Below, piece by piece: positions 33,850 to 46,174 of a stretch of DNA of 64,000 bases. The stretch's first letter is position 1; the number at the start of each line of letters is the position of its first letter. The stretch spans positions 434,001-498,000 of the forward strand of contig CDROCS010000817.1 of the NCBI GenBank assembly GCA_977020255.1. The letters are read 5' to 3'. This DNA is from Obrimoposthia wandeli (taxonomy: Eukaryota). Both the position numbers and the translations under genes were made by a program. The notes beneath the pieces are model-generated. The model was not told where the DNA came from and ran no database searches. It worked only from the letters and a program-made list of their open reading frames with translations.

Positions 33850-35919
33850 TTATTTGTAACCCAAGTTATCATGGCTATGTTTAACCAATTCTGCTCGCAC
33901 TTCTTCCAATCGGTGCACTTTAATTGTTTGCAATTTGGCCAAAACTTCTGGAGCTTCACTCGTTTCATCTAACGGTTGATTCAACGTTTCCTTAGCTTCA
34001 CTAATTATCTTTTTTACATTTTCCATACTCATAGCATTTCTCGCTGCTTCTACATGATCAGTCATAGGTTGTGCGTTACACGTTTTCTCTATTGGTGTCT
34101 CATACGCTTCTAATATTCTATTCATTAAATCGTTCATCTCTTCTCTCGAGTGTAGACTTTTCTCTTGTTTCGACAACGTAGATGAATTCGCCATCTTTGT
34201 ATGTGGTGAATCTTTAATTATTCCCAACATTCGTTCAAATTTACTATCACTATCTTCAAAATCTATTTCGCGTCGAAGCTCGGTTTCGCGATTCCTATCA
34301 CTGTCATCGCTTACATAACTAAAATTTCCTTTCGGTTTCGGCGAACTCTCACGACTACTTGTCTTGTCGACATTATTATTATTATATCTACCAGAATTAT
34401 TATATCTCTCAGCTCCTTGCTGTCCTACGTAATTATTGTATCTCTCAGCTCCTTGCTGTCTGTCTGCATAGTTATTGTATCTACCTGGTGACTGTTGTCT
34501 ATCTGTATACTGATTATTCAGTCTCCATGGCTGTGGAGTATATCCACCACCTCTATTCCATGGCGGAGGTGAATTATATCCTCTATAATTATTTCCAAAA
34601 TTATTATTACCGAAATTATTATTTCCAAATCTGTTAGTTCCGAACTCTTTGTTTCTCGTACAATCTCTCGAATAGTGACCCATTTGTTTACACGTGTAAC
34701 ACATTATTCTCCCTCGAATATCTATCTTATTTTGTTCATCTTCGAACTGCACTCGACGACTATTCTGTCTATTATCATAGCGCCCTTTAAAATCATTTCT
34801 TCGGAAATTCGATTCAAAACCGCTTCCTCGATTATTGAATCTTCCGTCGCTATTTCCTGTATTATTTCCAAATCGAGAGTCACTTCGCTCTCCTCTGTTG
34901 GTGTTATAATTCCTATCGTCTCCTCTCCAAGGTTGGCGATTTCCTGAATTATCTCTATTAAATCTATTCCTGGAATCATCTCTATTTCTACTCCACGAAT
35001 CATTATTATTTCTACCTCTTGAATCATCTCGATTCCTGTTCCAAGACTCACTATTATTTCTACCTCTGGAATCATCTCGATTCCTACTTCGGAAATTATC
35101 TCTATTTCCGTTACTGGATTCATCTACTTTTTCAAACTTATTTTGTCCATAATTTCGATTCTGAAAATTACTCGGTTCTGTTTTATTCACAAAGACCTTT
35201 GTCTTATCGTCGTCAGCTGCAGTCATTGCGTAAATTGCCAATGCTGCATTATTTTTTATATTTTTCTCAATCTCTCTCGCCTTTCGTACGGCGTTATCAA
35301 AATCATTTGTATCTGATACTGCTAATAACACTTTAATATCCTTTTTCAATCCTCCTCTAAATATATCTAACAAAACCTCTGCCATTTCATTTTGGTTTCG
35401 GTCATTTTCCGCTACTTGTGCTTCTTGAGGTACAGGAATACCGTCCTGATTTCTCATTATTCTTCTTGGGTACGCTCTTGCGGCCAAGGTTCTCAAAACA
35501 TACGCGTATTCATTCACGCCTTCATCATGTTTCTGTTTCCGTTCTCTCATGAGTCGCTTATTTACTTTGGCTAAGTCTCCTAATACCAATTTTCCAATAA
35601 AAGCATTTTCTAACGTTGGCCAATCTATGCGTTCTGCTTCTGTCAAATGTTTATACACTTCAAGTGCTAATCCGGTTAAATGTGCCTGTACTCGGACACA
35701 TTTTTCTTTATCGTTCCATCCTTGAACATCCGCACAACTCGAATATTCTGCGAGGAAGTCACAAATACTTTCCTCATCTCCTTTAAACTTTGTAATCTGC
35801 AATGATCCTGAAAAATTGGGTCTCAACGTCGCATTTAAAGCTTGTGCCAACTGCTCGGCATTCATTTCACCTACATTATTTCCTGCATTAATATCTGGTG
35901 GAGCTCCTTGGTGAGCCAT
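33850..35919 (-). CDS. gag: Ty3/Gypsy-type Gag, 689 aa from the first ATG
   Basis: KFKGDEESICDFLAEYSSCADVQGWNDKEK capsid-like region, RKQKHDEGVNEY, RDDSRGRN repeats, CCHC knuckle CYTCKQMGHYSRDC at 34660-34701. Confidence 0.92.
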   Translation of the reverse strand: MAHQGAPPDINAGNNVGEMNAEQLAQALNATLRPNFSGSLQITKFKGDEESICDFLAEYSSCADVQGWNDKEKCVRVQAHLTGLALEVYKHLTEAERIDWPTLENAFIGKLVLGDLAKVNKRLMRERKQKHDEGVNEYAYVLRTLAARAYPRRIMRNQDGIPVPQEAQVAENDRNQNEMAEVLLDIFRGGLKKDIKVLLAVSDTNDFDNAVRKAREIEKNIKNNAALAIYAMTAADDDKTKVFVNKTEPSNFQNRNYGQNKFEKVDESSNGNRDNFRSRNRDDSRGRNNSESWNRNRDDSRGRNNNDSWSRNRDDSRNRFNRDNSGNRQPWRGDDRNYNTNRGERSDSRFGNNTGNSDGRFNNRGSGFESNFRRNDFKGRYDNRQNSRRVQFEDEQNKIDIRGRIMCYTCKQMGHYSRDCTRNKEFGTNRFGNNNFGNNNFGNNYRGYNSPPPWNRGGGYTPQPWRLNNQYTDRQQSPGRYNNYADRQQGAERYNNYVGQQGAERYNNSGRYNNNNVDKTSSRESSPKPKGNFSYVSDDSDRNRETELRREIDFEDSDSKFERMLGIIKDSPHTKMANSSTLSKQEKSLHSREEMNDLMNRILEAYETPIEKTCNAQPMTDHVEAARNAMSMENVKKIISEAKETLNQPLDETSEAPEVLAKLQTIKVHRLEEVRAELVKHSHDNLGYK

Positions 35920-36454
35920 ATCTTCAACTATATCGTCTTCAACTATTCCTTCAATATTATTTACTTGAACTTCTTCAATCACTACTGGATTGGCAATTTC
36001 AATTTCTTCTGGGTTTTGAACTTCAAGATTATCAATTTCTTCTGGGTTTATGTCACCAAATAACTCAGTCAGCTCAAAACTGTCGGTTGAAACTGCTGAT
36101 TGATCAACGTCTCTTTCTGATACGTTTTCTTCGACTCTAGTCTTTTCTGTTACTTTGTTATCTGTTTGGGGAACCTGTTCAATTCGGTCAACTTTATTAT
36201 TATTTGTCTCTTCCTTGGGAATCTGGCTTTGTCTTCTAGTATTAAACGTGGGTCCTTTTCTATTATCCGTTGTCTTATCAATTATGTATTCGTTTACGAT
36301 ATCAATTTACTTATTATTTTTTATCTTATTTCACAATTCTTATTTTACGATTTTTTATCTCTTTAATTAGTTCGAGGACAGAGTCTCCCGACTTAACTTA
36401 TTCAATTAATTACTTCGAGTATCAATCCACTCGATTCTCACTTATCAAATTTAC

Positions 36455-37200
36455 TGACTCGAGGAACAAATCCACTCGACTTCTCAAAAACTTATCGAAT
36501 TCTTACTTCGAGGAACAAATCTACCCGATTTCTCAAAAACTTATCAAATTCTTAACTTCGAGGAACAAATCTACCCGATTTCTCAAAAACTTATCAAATT
36601 CTTAACTTCGAGGAACAAATCTACCCGATTTCTCAAAAACTTATTAAATTCTTAACTTCGAGGAACAAATCTACCCGATTTCTCAAAAACTTATCAAATT
36701 CTTAACTTCGAGGAACAAATCTACCCGATTTCTCAACACTTATCAAATTCTTAACTTCGAGGAACAAATCTACTCGATTTCTCAAAACCTATCAAATTCT
36801 TAACTTCGAGGAACAAATCTACTCGATTTCTCAAAACTTATCAAATTCTTAACTTCGAGGAACAAATCTACCCGATTTCTCAAAAACTTATCAAATTCTT
36901 AACTTCGAGGAACAAATCTACTCGATTTCTCAAAACTTATCAAATTCTTAACTTCGAGGAACAAATCTACCCGATTTCTCAAAAACTTATCAAATTCTTA
37001 ACTTCGAGGAACAAATCTACTCGATTTCTCAAAACTTATCAAATTCTTAACTTCGAGGAACAAATCTACCCGATTTCTCAAAAACTTATCAAATTCTTAA
37101 CTTCGAGGAACAAATCTACTCGATTTCTCAAAACTTATCAAATTCTTAACTTCGAGGAACAAATCTACTCGATTTCTCAACACTTATCAAATTCTTATCT
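36455..37200. repeat. 49-50-bp tandem array (about 15 units) in the 5' leader of element A
   Basis: AACTTCGAGGAACAAATCTACCCGATTTCTCAAAAACTTATCAAATTCTT at 36554, 36604, 36654 and onward. Confidence 0.95.
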
Positions 37201-37515
37201 CAATTTACTTATATCTTCTTCTGAAACTTATTCTAAATTTGCTTATATCTTCTTCTGAAACTTATTCTCAATTGTCTATATTCTTCTGCTGAAACTTATT
37301 CTCAATTTATCTGAAACTTATTCTCAATTTATCTGAAACTTATTCTTAATATCTGAAACTTATTCTTAATATCTGAAACTTATTCTTAATATCTGAAACT
37401 TATTCTTAATATCTGTACTTATTTTATTTACCTGAAACTTATTCTCAATTATCTGAAACTTATCCGAACTTATTCTATTTACCTGAAACTTATTCTCAAT
37501 TATCTGAAACTTATC
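37200..37515. repeat. ~20-bp tandem array in the leader next to the PBS
   Basis: CTGAAACTTATTCTCAATTTAT-like units; equivalent array at ~59875-60110 in copy B. Confidence 0.9.
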
Positions 37516-37543
37516 TACGTGAATTCGCTGTGTCCGATGAGCT

Positions 37544-37562
37544 ATCCTCACTCGGGGCACCA
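37544..37562 (-). other. Primer-binding site complementary to the 3' end of elongator tRNA-Met
   Basis: TGGTGCCCCGAGTGAGGAT, 8 nt after the LTR end; the eukaryotic elongator tRNA-Met 3' end (..ATCCTCACACGGGGCACCA) matches at all but one position. Confidence 0.85.
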
Positions 37563-37570
37563 CTTTAATA

Positions 37571-39435
37571 TGTTGGGGTTTCTATACGAAACTTGGTACA
37601 GATCCTCTTATGTGCGGAGGGCCCCAACGTGAGTTCGATTAGAAGCAGGTCTTAAAGTTGGTCGTGGCCTACTTAGTGTTATGGTTGCCTAATCTCTTGT
37701 ACTATCTGAAGGTATTTGATTTGATGTCTCTTATTCTGAAGGGTGCAAAACAACTTGTTCTAATGTAGGAAATTGTTTATTTGTAATTCACGTAACTAAC
37801 ACAACAATACGTTTATGTACGTATTTCTAAAAAGTATGATAAAATTCCTAGGACTTCTGTAAGTCTCTACAAGAAGTGGGGATGAACCACGTATCGATTT
37901 TACGTTCAGGTGATTAAGCTTTTAGGTTTATTCTTCTTACTTAGGTTGGTTAATCTATAACGCAACTCTCTTAAATTTCTTCGCTCCTACTTCTTATATC
38001 TAGATAAAGTTTCTTGATTCCTTAACTCTATCTGCTGTGTGTTTGACCCCGAATTGTCCACTGTGAACAATGGGTCTCCTAAAAACCTAATTGTCAAAGA
38101 TGACAATGAAAACTTACTCCGAATTGTCAACTACGGACAATGAATGAACCGAATTGTCAGCTAGGGACAATGAGTCTTACCGAATTGTCAACTAAGGACA
38201 ATGAGTATTTGTCCGAATTGTCAACTAGGGACAATGAATGAACCGAATTGTCAGCTAGGGACAATGAGTCTTACGGGAAAAAAGTCTGGTATAATTCCTA
38301 ATTGTCGCTGGGGACAATGAATAAAATAGATGATCTTAATTGCCAACTAGGGACAATGATTAGGTTAATGAGTCAGCAATCCTAATTGCCAGCTAGGGGC
38401 AATGAATGTGTTTACTAGGTTAAAATTTAGAATTACCAACAAGGGGTAATGAAGGTATCCTAATTGCCAACTAGGGGCAATGAATGCTCTAGTCGGTTGG
38501 CTTACCAATACGCTGCGACTAGTGCGGCTTCCGATGCAGGATCCGTATGGAGCGCTTGCGAGTCTGGCGGAACCGTCCTCAAAGTCAACTGTAGCTTTCG
38601 ACTTCTTCCGCGCTTTTCACTTCTTTCGAACCTTTCAATCTGGATACCGACTCGACTTTCAACACTGATTCGATATTCAAATATTGGTTCAACTTCAATT
38701 TCGGATTCGATATTTCAATATTGGTTCAACTTCAATTACGGATTCGATATTACAATTTGGTTCAACTTCAATTACGGATTCGATATTACAATTTGGTTCA
38801 ACTTCAATTACGGATTCGATATTACAATTTGGTTCAACTTCAATTACGGATTCGATATTACAATTTGGTTCAACTTTTCACACTGATCTAAATAATTTTA
38901 ACTCTACCTATTCCCAATCACCACTTACCGATTCGTGGTCGAGGGGATTGTCTTCTGTCTAATTGCTTCTTCTTTTTTCCAGTCGACTCTGTAGTTGATT
39001 CCGTATTTGTGTTTTCTGTTTTGGCGATCTGCCTTATATAGAGGCAAGTCTGTCAATCAAATCGACAGCTGCTTAATGGTCGCGGGAATTCACTTGAATT
39101 CTTCTGGAATATATCTGAAATTTATTAACCTTATTGCACTTAAAATGTGCTTACCTTTTCCTGATTGACGTCTCTTAATTGACGTTTCTAATTGATCCTT
39201 TTTTCTGTAATTAATTCTAAATTGTTCGCTTTTTGGGTTAATTAATTCAACTTATATACATCTCACATTATACACGACCTTCGTGGTCCTCCTAATTTTT
39301 ACCCTAACTTCCACTAATTTCAATTCTAAAACTAAAATTAATATTTAATTTAATTTTCAACCTTGCTTTCAAGGATTTTTATTTTAGTATTTAATCGACT
39401 AAAATATTTAAATTTCTTAATTCTCAAACCTAACA
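37571..39435 (-). repeat. 5' LTR of element A (1865 bp)
   Basis: Sense strand starts TGTTAGG and ends CCCCAACA, followed by the PBS. Confidence 0.96.
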
Positions 39436-39461
39436 GTATCTTGTTACTTTTTTAATACTTG

Positions 39462-40500
39462 TGTTAGGATTAGGATTTTCAAAATTAATTAATTATTTAA
39501 ATAGAAAAATTTAACCTTAAAAGCAAGGCTGAATAAAATAAAATTAATAAATAAATTTCTAAATTAAAACAAAATTGGATTGAATAAATTTCAATAAGTT
39601 AAGGACATTGAGAGGTCGTGTGTGATGTTAAGTATATAAGGTATTTTAGAAAATTAAAAACCCAGAAAAAATTACAAGTAGTATGAAGACCAAAATAAAA
39701 TAGCAGAAACCCAATTAAGCTTTCAGTTGCAGAAACACGCTGGGAATCTGTCAGTTGCCAATGTCGGGTAAGTGCATTAGTTACTTCGGTGAGTTTATTT
39801 TCACTGAGGATAGCAATTATGACGGGAGGAGCGCATGCACATTGTTAGTTGCTGGGAAGCAGCCAGCTGATTTTATTCTATGGTCTCGATTGAGAAACGG
39901 CAGATGTCGTATCTTATATAAGGCGAAAACAGCCACTTGAAGACAGAGATTGTGACACGGGCGGACTTATTCGGAAAAATGAGAAATCGCCAGAGCTAGA
40001 AAAAGATAGGTAAAGTTAGAAATAAAACACAAAAGTAATGAGATTCCAAATATTTTCAAAGAAAACGTATCAGATCTCATCGCTAAACAACTAGCAGCTG
40101 GACGAACAGATCGCATTACTGAGCAATACGGAGCAACTCGTATCTCGGATCAGATCTCATCGCGGAACCACTAGGAACGGATCTTGGTGAGAAAATTGAT
40201 TTAAGTCGATATATTGATAAAATTGAATTGTCCTGAATTATTTCGTGAATCATTTCGTGAATTATATAAAGTCGATAATCGGCACAAAAAAAAAGTCCAT
40301 ATAGCGATGAATTTGAATTTATTTTAAATCGTTACGTTGAATTGTTAGGATTTTGAACATAAAATCAATTTGAAAATCATTTGAATATAAAAGTAGTTTT
40401 CCGATAAATATTGTAAAGAAAAAAAATTATTGACATAGTAGTGACGTAGAAACAAGGTTATAATATCCACTAAAGGTACATTATTCGATTTGGATTTGAC
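39462..40500 (+). mobile_element. Related LTR 5' fragment (LTR-D), opposite orientation, 26 bp from element A
   Basis: TGTTAGG start, AAAGCAAGG and AGGTCGTGTGTGATG motifs, TATATAAG at 39915; conserved 3' end not found, right boundary uncertain. Confidence 0.65.
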
Positions 40501-42299
40501 GAGTCCGATAGGAAACTAACAACTAGACAAGAACGTAGAATCCGTTCTCTAACCTACTAGACAGAAAATTAAAATCAATATGTTAAGGGCATCCACAAGT
40601 TAATGTGGGACACTGCTTCTGCATCAACTGGAGCTTTATTATGAACTTCAGCCTAACTCTGTTCGTAGCCCAATCTGCAACACGAACCCAAGGCAACCGT
40701 TTATTCAAAAAAATTATATATTTTAAAGATAATTTTATGCCTTTCAGCCTATTTAAAATTTACCTTTCCTCCTTCAGGCATTCAATTATTGTCTCTAACA
40801 TTTACCTTACAAAATCTGAGCAACAGGTGACAGCTTATAAAACGCTTGGGTAAAGACAGACAGGTTATTTACCATTTCGGATAACCATAAATCACGAGTC
40901 CATGTTAATTTTGGGATCATTGTCACCTGCCAGAGTCTCACCACGTCGTCACGAAGCTCCGAAGTCGCGCTACTGCCCGCTCCAAAATGCTTTCTCAGCT
41001 CCAACCGGAAAGAACGTATCCCGTGCTCCCAAGAGAGCCTCGCTTGGCACATGACGCCGAAGCCTCGCTGGTCCCGTCATCGGCCCAGACATCAAAGTCC
41101 TGTTCGAGACAGCCCCATCCGTCGTCCTTGTTCTTCAAGGAACGCTCCGGACTCAATACTATTCACAACAATTCATGGCTACAAAAAATTGGTCATAACA
41201 AGACATTTAGAAGCATTGTAGAAAGAATCTAAGGAATCCAATATATTAAAAACTATCCTTTAACCTAGATGCAGATTTGAATCTTTAACTCAATGGAGTT
41301 TCAGGTTGTAACACTATCCTAAATTACAGAGTGCTCAATAAATATTTATACATATATATTCAATTTAAAAATTCAGCTTTATTTGATATTGGGATCCTAT
41401 AGATGTTTTGCATATTTAAATACTTGAGTTTGTTGGTAAATACTTTTCTGAGTGTTTGAGCGTTTTTTCTTCTCTATTGATATTAAAATTGTATTCATTA
41501 GTTGATGTACATCGCTTATGGTGATAATATGAAAATTTTTAAAAATAGATATCAATTTATAAGATTTTCATTACAGCTTTTAATTGAACAAAATAACTTT
41601 GATAATAATGAGACGTGCAAAGAATTCATTTTAATATATTCAACTAGACTTTCAAAATGATCTATTATACAATGTCCAAGAATGTGTTTTTAAGATATTG
41701 CACATGGTTCTAAATAAAGGTGTAAAATTAAATTAAAAGTGAAAGTAAAACTGTGCATTTAAAAAAGCTTGTGTTTGCTGTCAGTTTGAGAAAAAATAAA
41801 AAAAGGAAACTCGTAAATAAGTGTTTTTTAATAAAGAATCCAGTTTATTTATTTTAATTATCAATAGAATATACGAATCTGAGTAAGATAGATATAGGAA
41901 AAGATAGGGCACCAGAATAATGAGCATTCATAAAGCGATTGAAAAGGAAATTTTCGAGTTGCAATTTCTTGAAGCTGTTACGTTTATGCGCAAATTTTTT
42001 ATTTATCCATCTATCTTTTATGAAACATAAACTTAAATAATAATGCAGTTTCTTCAAGAGTAATCTATGTGTGATGTTCAGCTAGAGAAATATTACTTAA
42101 AAACACCATAGATAGGTTTATTTATTATTTTCAAATGACAAATTATTGTGCAATACATTAAAAAAAAAACGAAAAAATTGAAAATTAAGAGAACAGTTTT
42201 TTATTTAAATTATGTTTGACTTTTTAAGAAATTTAACTTATTTATTTATATCCACAAAATTTATTTTTAGAGAAAGACAACACATAAAGTATTAAGTTA

Positions 42300-42800
42300 T
42301 TGTTCTTAAAGTCCTGCAGCGAAATGATATCGTTCATAGCACTGGTCCATGCGTGTTCATGGTACAAACGCGATATTTCTTGCTTGAATTTAGGTTAGTT
42401 GCAGAAACTGGAATTCGGTAGATGTAATGTCCTTCCACCCACAGAACATGGTTACTGTTGGTCGCTGGTGCATCTTGTGGTAGGTCTTCAGACTCGTGGC
42501 GGTCGTCTGGTGGAAGAATAATGAGCATTCAATGTTGCATTTTGTAGCTCGCATAACACCAGTGTCTGTCCATTTCACCTTTACTAGAATGATATTCCAC
42601 AATTGCCAAAGATTTCTTGACCTCACCCATTCCTTTCCTTCTCACTCGAGCTTTGACCTCGAATGTTATAAAGGCGGTCCATGTAAAGAATGTAGATGTC
42701 TTTGTGACCAAAATAAATGTGAAGTTCAAAGTTTAATGATAGTAGCAGAATTTCCGTCAGTCACCGCAACGTATTCCAAAAGGCTATCCGTTTTGGCAAC
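42300..42800 (-). pseudogene. piggyBac transposase C-terminal relic
   Basis: KKSLAIVEYHSSKGEMDR (cf. KPxxIxxYNxxMGGVD), then GHYIYRIP..KKYRVC..ISFRCRT, resembling the Cys-rich tail. Confidence 0.65.
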
Positions 42801-43899
42801 ATGATTTCAAAAACATGAAGTTCAGATTTGAATAATCGATCAGCATACATAAACGCTTAAGCAGTGCTTTTTGTGTAATACAAATAATGAAAAGGTCATT
42901 TTGTGTGCTATTAAAACTCATATATATCAAGATATTAGCAACGACGACGAATTCCCGTTCCAAACCGCTAAGTGGTTAAGAAAAAGGTATTTATTAAATT
43001 AACACACTTTAACTACGGCGAAAGACAATATTACAAAGCAATTTACAATATTAAAAATTGGAGACTAAATTATATATATATCATATATCACAATAAAAAT
43101 TAAGAAAAACTCTTAAATCATTCGTGGTATATTTCGGAAATTCCTTAAAACTAAAATATTCGCGTATTGGTCATTGACATGTCTTATTATGATCAACCGT
43201 CATTTAATTGGAGTGTTCCAGTATAAACTTTATTAGATAAATATTTGACAAAATTGAATTACTTACAATTAACAGTACATAATCCCCATTCAAAAATATT
43301 AATTAGGTTATTGCCAGTGGTAGAAACTAAGACTTGCAAATAGACTTTCAATTCTTTATTTACTTTGCGAACAGGCAAATTAAACGACCGATTTAAATGA
43401 AGACGATCAAAATTAGGTAGCTTTATTAGCAAAACATTGATTAAGAACACCAAATCAATCGGGAAAATAAAACCAAATGGATAAGCCTCGACGAGAACCC
43501 TGCCAGGATATAAATAGACTGGGCTTTACTATGGTAGCGTCACAACAGACAAACAGAGAGAAAGAGACAGTGTGGAGATATAGCCAAAGAGATTTACTAA
43601 GGATGGTGAGAATTAGTCACAGAATCAAGAGCGCTCGTTGTAGTTATTGTTGTCAGGGTTACTAGGTCTCCTGGGATGTAGGTCGTTGGCGGACTTGTTC
43701 CGCATTATTGTTCCCGGTCCTGTGCATGAGCAAAGAAAGATTAACTCAGAGAATCGCAACGACAGACTGGAGCTATAAAGTTGTTGCAAATATATTTTGG
43801 TTCCAGATTGAATAATTTCAATTTTAAAACTTTATATTAAATGATTAAAAAATATGATATATATTTTTATAAGGAGTAAATCGAAGCTAAAAACATGTA

Positions 43900-44500
43900 A
43901 AAACCCTCGACTCGAAGGATTTGAATTTAAAGCTTTGTTGATTGTAGACAATATATCGAATCGTCCAATTTTGGACCATCAAATTTAAAATTTTGTTATC
44001 TGCCACTTAATATATCACTTCGATCATTCAACCCATTGATCTAGGAATAATCGCAACATTTAAGACTACGTGGAGCAAAAATTCCAGTATATTTTAGATG
44101 AAATGATGAATGATAAAAACACATTAACGGTCATCATCTCCCTTCAATCCATCGACTCTGGACGGTTGTTGGCGAACACTTTGCCCGGAACATGTTACAA
44201 CCGAGAATGCCAACATCATAACTTTTGCAAATCAAGTCGGCGAAGAAGGATTCGATAAAATTTCAATCACAGATATCGACGAATTTGACGGTGGATAAAG
44301 CTCTTAGCGAAGACGAACTCATTGGATTTGCCTGTTACACTCGATCCGAAACAAAATAGTAGAGAAAATGACGAAGAGGTCCATACGCTCACTGCAGACC
44401 TAATTAAGAAGAGTTTCAATTGGCGGTAAATCGGGGAATTATTTTAGTATGCATGAACGAGCTGAAAAGTTTCAACATGAACTGAAATTTTTGATGAGTA
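43900..44500 (+). pseudogene. Tigger/pogo transposase relic
   Basis: KALLIVDNISNRP..CYLPLN..SIIQPIDLGIIATFK matches the pogo DDE pattern KALLILDN..FLPPNTTSxIQPMDQGII. Confidence 0.8.
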
Positions 44501-45109
44501 ATTACCCGAAAATTATTTAACAGCTTAAACTAAATGGCTAAATCCACATCAGCACCAATTATGCACGAATAAAACGTCAAAACCATTTAGAGCTATGTCG
44601 AAGTTTCTCGTAAACGAGTTCATGTTGCCAGAAAGTGGCAGCTATTAAAGATGATGTTGAATATTAAAATTGGTTTTGTCAAGTTATTTCTTGAATTATT
44701 GGCATGTTTTTTCATATTTTTTTTAAAATTAAATTCTTTTCCTTTTTAACCACTTGTTAGTGCTTTTAGGTCTGGAAACTTTCTTCCATTTTTCTATGGT
44801 TCTGGTATCCTTTTACGTGAATTTTATGGGAACATATTTATTGCCTAAAAACATAATTAGGTCATTTTAATTTGATAGATTGATTAACCCTTTTGTTGTT
44901 GTTTTAGTAACACGATAACTTCGAGATAAACGCCAGTATGTTAGGCATGCTACTTTAATTATGTTAATCATTTAACCAAAGAGATGAAGCAATGTTGAAA
45001 GGAAATCTTATATTATATTACTGAACATCGAGAAGTAAATCATCTTTATAGTACATTCCGCTTATCACCAGGGATCCCTGCTGCAGGGAGTACGCAGTCT
45101 CTGAGACAC

Positions 45110-45384
45110 TTACTTGACATCGACGGTGGGCACCTCGCCATCAGGACTGCCTGGTGCAGTGTTATCTCCCTGGGCCTCACTGATCACGGACTGGCCATTG
45201 CCCGGGGCTGCAGAGGTCAGCGGAATAGCTGTGTCCTTGTTGTCCTCATCTGCGGCAACGTCGTAGTTGGTCTTGTTCTTGTTCTGGGTCCGGATCTGAT
45301 AGTGCTCGTAGGCCAAGATCGCAGTCACCAGGATCACCACCTCCGCCACGATGCCCATGAATGGGTAGAGCGCTGCCCATCTGT
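45110..45384 (-). CDS. Basigin/neuroplastin (CD147)-family gene: transmembrane and cytoplasmic exon
   Basis: Acceptor tgcAG at 45385-45386, phase 1; reads DRWAALYPFMGIVAEVVILVTAILAYEH with the family's intramembrane Glu (cf. ALWPFLGIVAEVLVL). Confidence 0.9.
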
Positions 45385-45961
45385 CTGCATGAATTCATGG
45401 GTCAGGTTCAGACTAAACTTCAGGTCTTATACTCCGGTATTCAGCACTTTTTAGATTATGTTGCTGTTCGAGACTCCGATTGCGATTACACATTTCCTTG
45501 TTAAAGGTTCCAGGGCCAGTGTTAGAGCCACTGAGGAGTTCTGCTTACAGGATCTACTTATTTGCCTTAAATGCCGCCCTAGAATCATTTGGGTCACCTA
45601 TGAACACCTAGTGTATTTTCCTTATTTTAATATTGTATTATGGGAATTTTAAAAATGTTCTGTTTGAACATAAACCCAGATTATAAAATGTTGATAATAT
45701 AATTCAAAAGATTCACCACCAACAGAAGTTATACTGATGAGAAAAAAAGCATAGACTAAAATTCAACTGTTTAAAATTTATAATTGTATTTTAATATTGG
45801 TTAAATACAAAACTATTCATTCGCGAAAAACCTGAATTTGTGTGTGCAAAAATACATATGAACTACAATTAAATTTAGAATAGATGTAACAAAACACAAG
45901 CTCATTAAAATGTATATTTAAAACATCTAATCAAATAAGCCAAATTCCAACAGTTTCTTAA

Positions 45962-46174
45962 GCCATTAATGCCGACACGTACGATTTCCTACAACTAGTA
46001 TTATAATTTAAATTAAAAATGCTGTAAAAACAACTATTTAATATTACTGGTCTATTTAAAGCTAAGTTACATGATGGACATATTCAAATCGCCCTTCTTT
46101 TAAAATTCATGCAGTATTGCCATATTTAAAAGTTAAACAAAGCTGTGTCATATTTTAATTCCGGCATGAATGGG
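45962..46174. mobile_element. Short non-autonomous piggyBac-type MITE
   Basis: TTAA on both sides; imperfect TIRs GCCATTAATGCCG / CGGCATGAATGGG. Confidence 0.6.

Larger units (their letters stand above)
28794..39435 (-). mobile_element. Complete pol-less Ty3/Gypsy-like LTR element A (10642 bp) encoding Gag, Ubl, Bcl-2-like and fusogen domains
   Basis: Two TG..CA LTRs; 4-bp TSD GTAT (28790-28793, 39436-39439); PBS next to the 5' LTR; rejoined flanks read N-K-I-R-Q-E-V in the BEL host; no PR, RT, RH or IN motif in the 6.9-kb interior. Confidence 0.95.

Noticed and set aside
31520-35574. Many short ORFs overlapping gag and ORF2, mostly antisense (mirrored at 61004-63789)
   Set aside because: Expected alternative-frame shadows of long ORFs with biased codon usage; no motifs.
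35920-36300. AUG-less in-frame extension upstream of gag (glyco-Gag-like)
   Set aside because: Open in A, but the equivalent frame in B has a TAA near 60416; not conserved.
40581-41313. TG..CA-bounded segment as a solo LTR
   Set aside because: Flanks (AATA vs CTAT) give no TSD, and there is no second copy in the window.
45060-45115. Extra 3' exon of the basigin-like gene via a GTAAGT donor overlapping the stop
   Set aside because: The nearest acceptor implies a ~30-nt intron adding only a few residues; cannot be supported without transcripts.
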